Of a stretch of 64,000 nucleotides of DNA, positions 1-13,285 are shown piece after piece. Under the pieces are notes generated by a model. It had not been told where the DNA came from, ran no database searches, and worked only from the letters and a program-made list of their open reading frames with translations. The position numbers and the translations under genes were made by a program. The DNA is from Enoplolaimus lenunculus (Eukaryota): NCBI GenBank assembly GCA_030248215.1, contig JASANG010001276.1:186001-250000 (forward strand). Reading direction: 5' to 3'. Positions within the stretch are counted from its first letter, which is position 1, and every line of letters begins with the position of its first letter.

Positions 1-466
1 CGCCTTCCACAGCCCTTCATAACTGACATATATCCGGTATTGCAACTATCCATTCTGACTTAAACGTTTGTCTTGTATCAAAAGCTTGAGCGATAATGCA
101 AGCTATACATAGGAACGTGCTTTCAAAGCTTAAGTATGCTGTAATGTTTCGAATTTAAGTTTATTTGATCCTGGAGTCATTTATTCGCTACAATTGAAGA
201 TAATTGACATCTATGGACTCGCACTAGGGTTTAGTGACTCTATCCGCTTACGGACTTTCATTAGGGATACGAACTTCTATTGATTGGGACTCAAAATGGG
301 GACCCCCGCCTTATTATTACCCCCTCTTATTCGGGTCACTATAGTACTGACTAATAAATACTTGCATTAACCACCTGAAATTGAGTTGATTTGTTTTATC
401 TTCGCCTATTTTAAACCACTGCATCAGAGATAATATCGAATGTCAAGCTTTCCTCGAACTATATAT

Positions 467-857
467 CAGAGTGTAATCGGATATCCGTTTCCTTTTCCGG
501 TAAAATCGGTGCCCGTTTCCGTTTCCGTTATTGAAGTAACGGATATTCTGTTTTTTACGTTCAAAATTAATTATAAATAACGTAAATAACTCCCAGTTTT
601 TCTTTACAGATATGCTACAATTGTTTGAAATGAAATAAAAATCACGAAATCTATCCAAAGTACTTAAAAATTTCCATGCATCCGCCATTTTTTCTTTAAT
701 ATTTTTCAAAAACCGGTGAATATATGCACGCCATAATTAGGTTGGCAGAAAAATAAAACATTTTTGAAACTTTTGTACTTCAATATGTCTCCCGTTTCCG
801 TTTCGGTTATTTTGATCACTGCCCGTTTCCGCTATTTTTCCTATTCGTTACACCCTG
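467..857. mobile_element. hAT-like MITE (CAG[A/G]GTG...CACCCTG)
   Basis: Terminal inverted repeats, flanked on both sides by the perfect 8-bp duplication CTATATAT (459-466, 858-865). Confidence 0.85.
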
Positions 858-1148
858 CTATATATGCACCTGAGTCGTTTTACGTTCCAAGAAGAAAGAA
901 CCAACCTATACTTAATAGGCGGGCATAAATGTTTTGAAACGCAATTTTTCACTAAAAACTTTTCTATGAGGGAAAAATGTAAGGTAGGAGGGACCTTTGC
1001 GGCGGCGTCCGGCGGCTGAAGAAAATCACTGGCTATTTACTAGGTATATATCAACATTTTATAGCACATGATAGGTGAGATGGCCTAAAAATGGTGTCTG
1101 TCGGCTAGCTGGTAAACACACTTGTGTGATTGGATACGGTAAAAATCT

Positions 1149-1322
1149 GGCCATTCTATAGAACAGGGCCGCAAGCATATTACCAAGCCGCAGCCAAAGC
1201 CTAGGCGTAAGAACGAGATTATACGTAAGTCTAAGCCTAAGAAAAAAATTAGTCCAAAGCTTAAGCTTACTCTATTCGCAGCTCCATAGAAAAACGTTTC
1301 GCCCCTAACTTTTACATGGGCA
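1149..1322 (-). mobile_element. GGCC-TIR MITE with TTAGGC-like repeats (diverged copy)
   Basis: Ends ggccattctatagaacaggg...cccctaacttttacatgggc match the family TIRs. Interior has cctagg/cctaag units. Confidence 0.7.
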
Positions 1323-1646
1323 GACCCTTTTGTCAACGCGAAGATAGTTAGTTAAAATTTGGTCGTTTCTTTTATTTCGAACAGAACAATGCTGCCAAAC
1401 CAGTTTGGTCTTTGAACAGAAAAACAATTGGCTTATCGTAAATTCACAACGGAATTTGGACATACAATTTAAAACAATTTCGTAAAAATTAACTGTTATC
1501 TGAAAACGCGACGCTAGCAGAAAAGAAACTTGCAACATAACAAGGGTTTCTTGCTCAAACATACTATTATTAGCACAAGTACAACCTTACAATAAACACC
1601 TAAGTTACTTTTTCATAGAAACTAATTATGCACACAAAGTTGTGTA

Positions 1647-1983
1647 CTGTAATGACCCGAATAAGAGGTGAGGAGGACTGATATTTATTTGGCCTCTCCC
1701 GAGGGTACCCCCTTGTGATTCGGTTACGGACTGTTATTTATTTTTAACCCACGTTCTGCCACCCTTCGTTAAAGTACGCCTTAAAGATTCGAACTCAATT
1801 TAATTTTGTCCTGGAGTCATTTATCCACTACAGTTAGAAATAACTGACCTTCATGGACTCTAATTAGAATTTAGTGACTCTATCCGCTTACGGACTCTTA
1901 TTAGGGATACGAAATCCTATTGATTGGGACTCAAAACAGGACCCCCTCTTATTAAACCACACCCTCTTATTGGGTCACTGCAG
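1647..1983. mobile_element. TA-flanked MITE (CTGTAATGACCCGAATAAGAGG TIR), Tc1/mariner-like; partial copies at ~150-343, ~20928-21050 and ~24720-24780
   Basis: TIRs tactgtaatgacccgaataagagg / cctcttattgggtcactgcagta. The 3' half closely matches 150-345. Confidence 0.75.
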
Positions 1984-2865
1984 TATTAGCTGTTGCAAGA
2001 ATACTATGCAGTAGTTTTTGCCTAAAACCACCCGAAATACAAACTTTTGCTTTCGAAACTACTCAAAACTTTATTAGTTTTCTCAGAGTTATCTTTTTCA
2101 CAACAAACACAATTACAGAAATCACTTTGCCAAAAAAGCCACTTTTGGTTTTCGTCCTGATTGCTAAACAACTCAATTGAAAATTTTTTGTTGTGCAACG
2201 ACTATGCTTAGCGATACATTTCAGTTAAATGCATGCAATTAATACTGTAAGTATATTTCGCACGATTTAGAATTTGAATTTACTTTGACTGAGGAATTAC
2301 AGCTCTAAGTGCCATTTATTTATATGTAGTAACATGTTCTCTGAATTCCACTAATTTGTTTAAAGCAGAATCATCAAACCAAATACAATTAAAACTTCCA
2401 CTATAAAGTTGTAACAAAACCAGAAAACTTTATTATGGAGAGGGTGCTGAAAATGTGTTGAGGACATTGAAGTAAAAAAAGTTCAGTAGCCGCCACACTG
2501 AAACCAAAACGCTTCAGTATTTTTTACTTTAGCGTGCTAAATACTAATGCAAGCTCATTGTGCTGGCAACTGAAGCTTACTTGGCAGCAATGTCCGTTAG
2601 AATGCATCTTCAAAGCTTCAGTGTGCTGGCTACTCAAGCCGTTTCGGCGTCAAATTAAATGATGCATATAGTGTCAGTTGCCATTCTAAACCGCAATGTT
2701 TGGCTCAATGACAATCATAGCAATCATAGCAATCATGCTGCTTTGTACAAGAATAACACTGTTTCTTACAATGTCTATCAAAAATTCGTGATGTCAATCC
2801 AGAGTCACTGCTTCTAACCCAATGTCCGATAGCAATTATTAAGCATTTTACGTTGAATTTTACCA

Positions 2866-5800
2866 TCACATGCCAGATCTGATTAAATCTGCGCCTACAG
2901 ATGGGTCCATTCGATCAACTCGACTGAAAGGAATAAAAAATGATGGAGTAATAAAAGCACCGCAACCACATCGTTGACCAGCCCACTTGAAATCGCCCAG
3001 TTTGCCTCCACACTTGCCAGGACAGTTTATCTGAAAATAAAATCAAAACCTTTTACCACAAACGTTTTTCACGCCAATAACTACTACCATGACACCAACA
3101 CAAATCACATTATGATAGGAACGATGAATGATTTCAAACTGAAAACTATGTGCAAGCCTACAATATCCGCATCTGCAATAACAACATTCTAATCACCGTT
3201 CTACTAAACTTAAACCTTCGAACTGAAATTATAATCAAAAACATTAAAAAGTACAACAAGAATACCGTAAATCGCAAAAGTTAACAGAATTTGCCAGTAT
3301 CCGTTTCGTCTACCTCGTAGGCTAAAATTGCCTGCATTATGATGGTATGCACGAGTTGCAATTTTACATAAAATTCCTAGCTTTCGCAATTTCCCCATAG
3401 ACAAAGAGAAGTTATTAGCACAATTTATAAAGTTCAAAATATAACTGACGGTCGTATTTGATTTCAACAATTTTCGGTCAATTAAAACGATATGCCATCA
3501 AAGGCATACCTCTCCCTCACTATATACGAATTGAAATTATACCTAAAATTATTACATTACTTTTTCAATCGCCTTAAACAACAGCAGTTTACTAACATAA
3601 TTTTCAAATACAGCCCATTGCCCCACTTGACGTCAATGTTACGTTCAAGTAATTAAGGCAATAGACACCGTCTTCATCATAGGTATAATTTACTAATTAA
3701 TACAAAGTTCTTTTGATGAAATATTACATAAATAATGTGACCACTCACTTGTCCACAAGCTTGCAGCAACTGGTCTTTCATCCAACGTAATGGTGGAAGA
3801 TAAATACCAGAGGAACACACGTCACTGGAGCTTAACGCCGAATCATTAGCCGTCAAAGGATCGAAAGCGACAGTGTTGATTGCTTTTATATGGCGCACTA
3901 TTGAAATTTCCTTAAAAAGCGGTTGCCTGAAACACATTGTAGAACCATTGTGAAATAGCATGCGTTACACAAGAGTTCCACGCGACTGGCGGGTACACCG
4001 CGAGCAAACGCGGAATACCCGCAGGTGAAAATTTGTGATTCTTTACGCATCTATTTGGTAACAAACGACAGATGAGTATAACTATATTACCTGTGCTTTA
4101 CATTGTTTTACCTATAGAGTTATGGTTTGTCACAACCCCCGCGCGGTGACTCTGTTTTCGCTCGGGGCAATCTTACAAGACGCACGTGTTGTAGATACAG
4201 AAGAACTCGTAGGTCAGCACTCTAGGCTGGAATTTTTCACAAATATACGCAGGGAATTTCTATGCGATAGAAAATCGCTGGAAGCTAGAAATGGCAAAAC
4301 TGTTAGCGAAGGATACAAAACTATAACCCATGACAAATTTATACCGCTTGTTTGCTTCAATGCTGAGTTAAATGATATCAAAAGCTGAGGTATTGTATAT
4401 ACTGTTAGAGATTGTTTGTGCAGCCAGCTGTTAGCTAAACTCCTGTAACTTTAAGCCAAAAAGGCACTTTGGTACCCACTGCGCCAAGAGTACGCCTGCA
4501 GTATCCGTGCTTCGCTGAAGCATCACTCGCAGCTCGATCCTTACAGACTACATCAAAGACCAGTTTTGAAGCTTGGAATGGCAATCTTTTGTCAACTAAC
4601 ATACAAGAAACTATACCAAATGAGTTATTTAAAATCAAGACTTTCGTCGAGCAAATAATCTTTGTAAAGCCGAAGTATGCTGCGCACGCAAAAGATATAT
4701 TAACACCATAGCAGACCGAAAATACGACCCCTATGTATACTGTGTAAAATATAGATCAGTTATACGCCGATTTTACCTTTCCGTCAAATTCCTTGCTCTC
4801 ACGATCCCGTCTTCGGTAGAATTTTTGTTGCAAATTTCAGCAATTTTAGCAATTACATTTTTCTTATTTTTGTAAATGTGTCGTTCAACCAGTTGTTTGT
4901 ACCTTTGGCCCATGCATCATACATGAAAGCCGCACCATTTTTTGCGGGACTTAAGCTTAGGCTTTATAGTTATTTTTGGTTTAGGCTTAAGCTTACACTG
5001 AGACTTAGGCGTAGGAATATGCTTATACACGTTACGGCCCTTATCTATACATTGACCATAACTTTATCACGGTGATAAACGGTACAGCGATGTAACGGGC
5101 GCCCTATCACACTAGCCCAAGCAGACTTACGCTGCAGCTTAGGCGTAGGAATATGCTTATACACTGTTATGGCACTCATCTATACATTGGTCGTAACTTT
5201 CAACGACGGTAATAAGCGGTGCGGCGATGTGAGAGACACCCCCTCATACTGGTGCAAGCGGACTAAAATATTTCTCAACATACAGTTTAAAATTTCTAGC
5301 TTTCGGCACTTTCCGAGAAAAGTGCAAAAAAAATTTCCGCTTCGCAAGTAAACTAAACAGATTTTCAGTCTGGATGTAAAGCACGTCTAAGTTTCTAGTG
5401 AAATCTGGCCACATAAACATGAACTTTTAGTGTTCGGAATTCACCGGGCGCCCTTCCCTGTCGAAATTGTCAAGATTTTAACAGCATTGGTATGTTCCAC
5501 CGCCAACTCGAGTTCCGGCAAAATTTGTTAACCTTCACGTGGACATTTTACACCTCCAGTTGCAGCCTGCCGGCTCCTATAGTCCTTTTTGTGAAGTAAA
5601 TTGCAGCCAGCGACAATACGCGAGAATATTAGACAAGTTTTCTCTGAACACAAATGAAAGAATAAGAATGGTTGAAGGTGCGTCGCGAGCAAAGCAATTT
5701 TCCGTGGGTATACCCGCAGGTGAAAAAATATAATTTCCGCAGGTAAAGCGTGGGCTAAGAAAAGAAATCTTTACCCAATTAACAGCTGGCAATACTGTGG

Positions 5801-8800
5801 TTAGATCAATTAGGGATGGAGGATGCAAATACATTTTCTCATCAGCCCTGTTAGTGACTGTTTAACCATCGGGACATGAAAGAGTAAAACCGGCGATGAA
5901 GACAAAGAAAAACTTAGTGGGAATTGTTTCATTGTGCGAGAGACCACGCAAATCTACTCCAGAACTTTTGGCGCACATTCGTCATGACACAGTGAAGTCC
6001 GATTTGGGCTCAATCAAAGATCTTATTTTTGACGAAGCAATGCGAACTTGGTCAATTTATTCAAGCAAAAACGACGCAGTTCTTAGGGGTTCGCTTAGGC
6101 TAAAAGATGACGTAATTGCGTTCCAGCGCGCTATAGAAATAGTAATCGAAACAGAAGAGGCTCAAAAGTGGAAAATGAAACTAGTTTGCGGTGTAACCTC
6201 AGTACCGGTCAATAAGATTCAAAAGGGTTCTAAAAACCAGGGACCAGGGAAGGGAAGTCAAACAGACCGCGATTTTTCAAAAAGAGCTTGCAAACATCGT
6301 GGCGTGTCCATCCACGTGGGCAACGATTGCAATTTCAAAACTGACATGCCGTTACTGTACTAAACCAAGCCACATTAAAGCAGCATTTCTTAAAACCAAT
6401 CTAGATCAAGCCGAAACAAAGCAATAGAAACCAGTAAATAGAATCGAACTCTAAACAGTAAAAAAGGCACAATCACCACCTTATCTCAAACAATCGGTGC
6501 TCCACAACGGCAAACCAATTGAATTCAACGTGGACACCCCGGTGTAAGTGACAACTTCATTTCAGACAAGATGGTCGGTCCGCGGGCGGTGACACATCGA
6601 TAAGCTCCGACCCTGATATGAGGTAAACAAGCATTTTAAGTATTTTAAGTATGACTGTGTACTCAGAAATCGGGCGAAGGGTAGAGTGACTCAGGTAACA
6701 GTCCTGCAAAAAATAAACGAGCACGAAAAAACCCTATATTCCCTATGTGTGGCTAAAACTGCCCTGATAAACCTTCGGCTTGCGCGATGATTGCCTATGA
6801 TGACCGTTCCATTTTTCTGCCCATTTTATGCAACTTTCGAGATTATTCTTTGTCATTGTGTAATGTTGTTGTCTCAGCTTTTGCCGAGCGCAGCGAGCTC
6901 TATCATCTAGACGAATAACAACTTTACTGGCTCATACCTGCATTTTCCACAGCGATAAATAACTGAACTCTTTGTGTCGGTAGGACAACCAGCTTGAGCA
7001 GAATCATTTAATTCTTGGTCGATATCAGTCCAAAACTCTGACTTATCGAACGGTATTTTATCAACTATAACAAGTACCAAAAACGCAACAATACAGCGCT
7101 ATTTATTTCGTTTAAATCGATACAAAACATCAGTTGCCCTAATTTTACATTTACCAAAAGCAAAATGCAATCCAGCCGTGGCTAAAGCTGAATAATATAC
7201 CAAAATTGAACACAATTCAAATGTTTTTAATCAAATTTAGAGTCAATTAACATGTAATGCTCACAATTAGTATTAAAGCAACAAAAAATATGGTCACGAT
7301 ATGAAAGCTTACGCATGTATAATTCAACAAGTGCACGACTACAGCAATTTAAAGTTGAGCAACATAAGCATACAGAACATTTACATCACTCGCCAATTGG
7401 ATTTTAATATACCATCCAGGATGTCTACGGTTAAGACCTTGACTAAAACGTGTTTGTGAAAACATAATAATATATTATGTACTACAAAATACTTCATCTA
7501 AAATTTTGTGCCGTACCTGCAATATCACGTCTACTATATATACTCACAAATTTCCGGGTCTATGGCTATTTTTCTAAAAATATAAGCACAATACTGAGGG
7601 TTGACGGGTGTGACGGTACATCCCATTCGTTCATAAAGTGCCAACTGCTCACGAAATCCAGGATTTGGCCTAAAATAAAAAAATCTGTTAAAATTTAATG
7701 GAGGCCATAAAATTAGATATTCCAGCTTTCATAGTTATCCAGAAGTTCGTATAAATTCGTCACATTAACATACCCGGCCTTAAATGGTAAGAGTAAGACT
7801 GATAAAAAATTGTACTTAGAAATTTCAATACACTAATGGAGTGATTTATTTCCAACTAACAATATAGTTTCAGCTTTAATTAGGCCATTTTCTATCAACA
7901 GAAGCGAAGATTACTCAAAACTTGGTTACGTTAGAATAAAATCTAAAATTACTGATATACATCACCAAAAATTTCGAATTCAATACAGAACTTACCGCGC
8001 CATGCCACGAACGCGTTCCACATCAGATAAAGCGTCCAACCATGACAACTTTTCCGTTTTCATAATATACGCAACAACGATTGCAACACTTCTGGACATG
8101 CCCATGGCACTATAACGCGCAACGCATAATTCAATAATTGTAGCTAAACTCTGCGGCAAATACAGCTGCTAACGTGATCCAGTTACAAAAATAAACCTAA
8201 ACTAAATAGAGTGACTAGACTACAGTGATACTTAAACGACTCCTTAACAGAAGCTAAGTAAAACAAATAATATAAAGGAATCAAACCAATTACGTCTATA
8301 AAACTGTGTTTTGTTGCAAATTACCTGATACTTATTTATAAATCAATAATAAACGAAATCGTTTAGCATATCCGGCGTGTGCTCTCACCCTACCAAATTG
8401 CATTTTGCCAACATACAAATTCGATATGCCTTGACAACGAATATATGACTCGCAATATTTCTGTACAACCGAGGAAAAAAGCGTATTTATAGCTTTGAAA
8501 ATAACGTATATACTGAATTATGTAGGTCAAAAAACTCGTTTTACACGGCCGCAGTAAAAATGTATAAAACTACTAAATGATTTACCAATGAACTAGCACG
8601 CCATTCTGCTTTTCAGACAGCGCTTCACCAATAAACTCAGCTCCAACATCGAAATAGCTCAACAGGTCGTTCGAGTAAATATCTGTTGCTTCAATAAACT
8701 TATAGATGATTCCAGAGGCACGGCAGTTTGATGGAATCTGCAATAAACAATACTGAACAAGAATAAAAAAGTGTTATGCAACATCACCGTTACATGTTGC

Positions 8801-9441
8801 GCGGGCGCACATAAAAAGACATCCAAAATGTAAAGTTCTGTAAACCGTATCCTGTAAAAACATGAACACCAGAGTATAACTGGAAGTCTGTAAACAGCCT
8901 TAACAGAAAATCGACCTTCAACGACTTCTGCGGAAGTTCCTGCAATTTCAGAAGTAAAATTTCGCAATCAAGGTTTCACTAAACAGCGAAGCTAAAACAA
9001 ATTGCACAGTTTTGACTCATTTCCGGCTCCGGTAAAATTTGTCAACCTTCGGCTCCGGATATTTTCATCACCGGCTACACCCTTATGAAAACCGCTTGCA
9101 CTAGAAATTGTAGTTCGGATTAAAAACAATTCCTCTACTTACAAGTTTTTACTTAGATTGATTACGAAACTAAACATGTACCTAAATGAAGGTGTTAGCA
9201 ACTGAGCTCACTTTGAATTAAAATTTCGCTCAAAACGAAAACTTAGTTAAAAGTCTTGATATAAACCTAAAATTTCGAAACGCAGTAACCAAAAGTTTTC
9301 AACGGCGCTTACATTTTGATCCATCACCGTGAGCACATGCGTAATACTGTTCGACCGCAACGCTTGCCCGTCGCTAGCGAAGTCGATACTGCTAAGAAAA
9401 AGACGCGGCCGAACTTCTGACGGCACTTCAAAGGTTGCCAT
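2866..9441 (-). CDS. DUSP12: Dual-specificity phosphatase 12 / YVH1 orthologue, 7 coding exons
   Basis: Hand-spliced exons (minus): 9441-9313, 8737-8586, 8109-7996, 7669-7548, 7064-6938, 3926-3749, 3030-2866, all GT-AG with consistent phases. Translation shows the PTP loop VHC|AMGMSRS, AYIM, PNPGFREQL, and a C-terminal Zn domain YRCGKCR..H..C..CPGKCGGKLGDFKWAGQRCGCGAFITPSF, typical of YVH1/DUSP12. Confidence 0.93.
5870..6600 (+). pseudogene. Decayed Ty3/Gypsy LTR-retrotransposon gag-protease fragment inside DUSP12 intron 5
   Basis: ORF 5896-6363 (ELLAHIRHDTVKSDLGSIKD..DEAMRT..NDAVLRG..KDDVIAFQRAIEIVIETEEA) resembles Gypsy gag. Downstream, ~6475-6575 reads PYLKQSVLHNGKPIEFNVDT/GVSDNFISDKM, an aspartyl-protease D-T-G site broken by a frameshift. 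Confidence 0.65.
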
Positions 9442-10093
9442 GTTATGTTATTAAAACCAATGTTATGAAGAGTGCATGACATAATATACTCAATGAAAAG
9501 AATATGCAATTGGGTACAGTCTGAGTGAGAAAATGAACCTAGCGCGTTGCATTTTAGACCTACCGCCTTAATCAGGTGGGGTCAAAATTTTGAGCAAATA
9601 CAGATAGAATATAACATACGAACTTCAAATTGTTCCGTTAATATTTATAAGAGCAAGAAGCAATTCACAGTGCATTAAATCTGAAATAGACCCCTCTATG
9701 TGAAGGGGAGTGGGTCGAGCCGAAACGCAACGGGTGTTGGTCAGGATTCAACCGGATATCGTTTGCGGTAAACGTCGGTGTCCGTTTGCGTTATAGAAAT
9801 ATGCTCAAAATTAGTTAAAACCGCGTATACATCTAGCAATTTTTCATTACAAATATGCTGTAATTATTCGGTATGAAATAAAATTACGAAATTCAACCAA
9901 AATGTCAATAGAAAATGTCAGTGCACTTGGTATTTTTTCTTTAAAACTTAGAAATCAGGGTTATTATTTGCATAACTAATTGTGTTGGCACAAAATATAA
10001 GATCTTTGAAACTTTTATACCTCATTATTAGCAAGAGTGGATGATCACTCTAACAAGAGTGTGCAACTACTGAAATTTGTGTGATATAAAAGT

Positions 10094-10281
10094 ACCACCG
10101 GGCGTTGCATTTTTGGCCGACCCCCCACCTTGTTTAGAGGGGGTCGCTATCACATAAATACCCCTAAATTAGACTATGAGGAGAGCATGCTTGACAACGC
10201 ATACATAGAGTGCCGTGGTTCGCACCGGTTGCACCCCCCTCTGAATAAAGGGGGGTTAGCCAAAAACGCAACGTGTGCCGG
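10094..10281. mobile_element. TA-flanked fold-back MITE
   Basis: Inverted arms cgttgcatttttggccgacccccc...tttagagggggtcg / gcacccccctctgaataaagggggggttagccaaaaacgcaacg. Confidence 0.65.
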
Positions 10282-10847
10282 GTACATTCTTTTCTACACA
10301 GAATGTGCCCAGTTGCACACTCTTGTTAAATATCTATTATCCACTCTTGATATTAGTGATGGGCATCGAATATTTTTCAAGACACACTGATATCCGGCAA
10401 TTCTTGCCGGATATTTCACCTGATATCCAAAATGAAATTTTCCATTTCGGTATCCGAAACTCTATTTTGCGTTTTTTTTGTTTCCGAACTTCAATTTTAG
10501 TTTCTCAAGCACTTGTTTTAATTTGTTTCTCAAAGGGAACTACACTGATCCACAAGCTGATTGCTACGAGCGTAAAAGATACAATTCTATAACTAGTTAT
10601 TTATTATGCAACTGCTTCAATAGTTCTGGGAATTTGGTTTAGAAGAATGCTACTGACTAATAAAAATTTGCGTTGCAAACTTGAGATTGAGTTGATCTGG
10701 TTTGTCAACGTCTGATTTAAAACACTGCAACAGAGATGTTACATATAAAATGTCACCCTTCCCTCGAACTGTATGCACATGAGTCGTTTTACGTTCCAAG
10801 AAGAATGAACAACATTTCTATACATACATACATGCATACATATATAT

Positions 10848-11277
10848 CAGGGTGCAACCGAAATTCCGGTTCCGGTTCCGCATTTTTTCATCTTGAGGTT
10901 CCGGTTCCGGTTCCGGTAAATTTTTACCGGATTTAAAAATTCCGGTGTTATAATTTGGCCGTTTTCTCAACTTTGATAATATTTAACAATCTCTTTTGAA
11001 AGCCACTTGTACTTCTAGTGTTTTTGAATTGCTTGTTCATGCAGTGGTTATTGTTGTGGACAAAAGCATTTTACTGGGAATGTATATATACATCTTGACA
11101 ATCACCGAATATAAGCCATTGATGGTGGATTTCACTTCAGTCGATGATGATAATCTAAAATACAACAAATAAAATAAATACCTATGTTCGACAAAGGTTA
11201 TTACACAAATAACAGAGCAAAAAATAAGATTAAAATGAAATTTTTGGTGAAATGCATTTTTCACTTTCCGGTTCCAG

Positions 11278-11280
<3 letters not shown>
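10848..11280 (-). mobile_element. hAT-like CAGGGTGCAACCG MITE, truncated at one end by the (AT)n tract
   Basis: Near-identical in reverse orientation to the complete copy at 34214-34610. This explains the duplicated spurious ORFs starting [12 protein letters not shown]. Confidence 0.85.

Positions 11281-11364
<84 letters not shown>
11281..11364. repeat. (AT)n microsatellite, ~42 units
   Basis: Read directly from the sequence. Confidence 0.98.
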
Positions 11365-11369
<5 letters not shown>

Positions 11370-12553
11370 TATATTATATATGTAAAGAATATATCTAATA
11401 ATATAAGATTTAGGTTATAACGGTCATATTAATCACAGACAGTCAATGCCAAGAATATGCTTATGTTACTGTCATTTGAATATTAAAAAATTGTGCATAT
11501 TGCTCTGAATGTTCCGTTTCGGTTGCAGATCTCTGATAAAGATCGATTCCAAAATATGAAGGCCGAAACTGGTTGTGATTTTTGAAGACGATTTTGGTGC
11601 TGAAGAAATAACAACAAAATTGTTAATACTACAGGGGTGATTTAAGGACTGCGAGTATTCAGCTATAGCAGATTTTAGTTTAACACTCGAAATAATAGGT
11701 TGTGGAGTCCGGTCGGATATACGCTTGTGCTCACAGATGCGTTTAAAGAACTGTCGGCTTGTTGAGCCAACATAGACTAGCTCACAGCTAGAACAAGTGT
11801 ATTTATATACAACTGTGGAGCTCAAGAGTGTTGGTATTTTATCTTTGTATTAATTGAATAAAGCTTTGACTTTGTCGTGATTATAACAACAATTCTAACT
11901 TCAATGTTGCTAGTTGAAAATTGCTCATTGAAGATTTTCTTTAGCTGTTTTTAGAACATTGGTGTGTGTGCCAAAAAACGGGATTTTAAAAGTAACGACA
12001 TGTACCTCGTGTTCGTTGACACGCCTCGAGGTGGTACCAAGAACCAAGTCTGTTGTTGCGGTTTCGCTACCTTTATCTGCTGACGTCGACGCTTCGGCAT
12101 TAAAACGTTGCGTAATTTGCAAAACTGATTCAGTTGAAATTTTCGTGTTTACTCTTCAGATGCTTTGAAATCTCGTCTAATAACATAAACATTAGATCCG
12201 AGCTGCAGTTTCTTAGGAACCTCTTTTATACTAATGGTTTCCCCAAAAGAGTTAATAACCGTTGTTTTAATAATTTTTTGAATAAAAAATTCGGAGTGTT
12301 AACTCAATTTGACACTTCTATTTGGATCACCCAAACACCTATTACGTCGTCTCAAGCTATTTCTAGCCAACAACTTAACCATATTTCAACTGAATCAGTT
12401 TTGCAAACTACGCAACGTTTTAATAATGCCGAAGCATCGACGTCAGCAGATGAAGGTAGCAAAACCGCAACAGACTTGGTTCATGGTACCACCTCGAGGC
12501 GGGTCACCGAACACGAGGTACATGTTGTTACTTTTAAAATCCTGTTTTTTGGC
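11365..12553 (-). mobile_element. Degenerate, 5'-truncated and internally inverted Penelope-like retroelement (GIY-YIG endonuclease plus post-RT thumb region)
   Basis: Minus ORF 11472-11825 (VVYKYTCSSCELVYVGSTSRQFFKRICEH..SAIAEY..LHILESIFIRDLQPKRN) is a PLE-type GIY-YIG domain. Plus ORF from ~12141 (LLFRCFEISSN..SELQFLRNLFYTNGFP) matches the PLE thumb region. Frameshifts and stops lie between the domains. Confidence 0.85.
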
Positions 12554-13285
12554 CTTCTAGAGGTGCCCTGCTTTTACCGGCGGATCCAAAATTTTGTGCC
12601 GGGGTCCGAGGTTTGGAAGCGCTATTTTTCACCAAAAATTTTCTGATGAAGTAAAAATGTAAAGTAGCGACCTAATCATTTTTTTGCAAAGCAACTTTCT
12701 GAGGGGAAAATTGCAAGGTAGAGACCGTGTCATTTTATCACAAAAAAATTTCTGAGAAAAATTGTAGGGACGTTGCCATTTTAGCGTAAGAAACTTTTTG
12801 ACAGGGGCTCACGCTTACCTGCCAACCTTTGAATTCGCTATTGCGCGCCTTCTCATTAGACCGAAATAGACAAGGCTTAAATTTTAGACGCGTCATTTTT
12901 TGCGTTTGATGACTGATTTAGCGCACCTAATTACTATTACGTCACAAATGTAACAGGAATCTTTTTCTGCAACAACCAAATTTTTGAATTAATTTTGTGC
13001 TATTCCTCCCTCAGGGGGAGGCTGTGGCTTCCTGTAACCATCCGAATTTTTAAAGAATATTAAGCAGGATGGAGTTGTCGCCCCCATCACCACACTAAGG
13101 TGTCCATTATTCAGACTACAGCTAGAATCGCTGATAAAGTACGTTTAGACTGTTGTGGTGTATAAGTATTTGCATAGCGTCTGAGGTTTGAATTCAAAAG
13201 TTATGAGCTGGATTCTGTGTCATGAGAAATTGAAATGTGTCTATCACAGATAGCCTGATTTGCAAGCTAGCCTTTTACAAATTAG

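Noticed and set aside
4122..4711. Nested plus-strand gene or transposase in DUSP12 intron 5
   Set aside because: Short ORFs broken by stops, with no motif I can name with confidence. It may be a decayed TE; BLASTx would decide.
11826..11940. Selenocysteine (UGA) recoding in the Penelope-like ORF
   Set aside because: The breaks are frameshifts and a TAA, consistent with decay. No SECIS was recognised.
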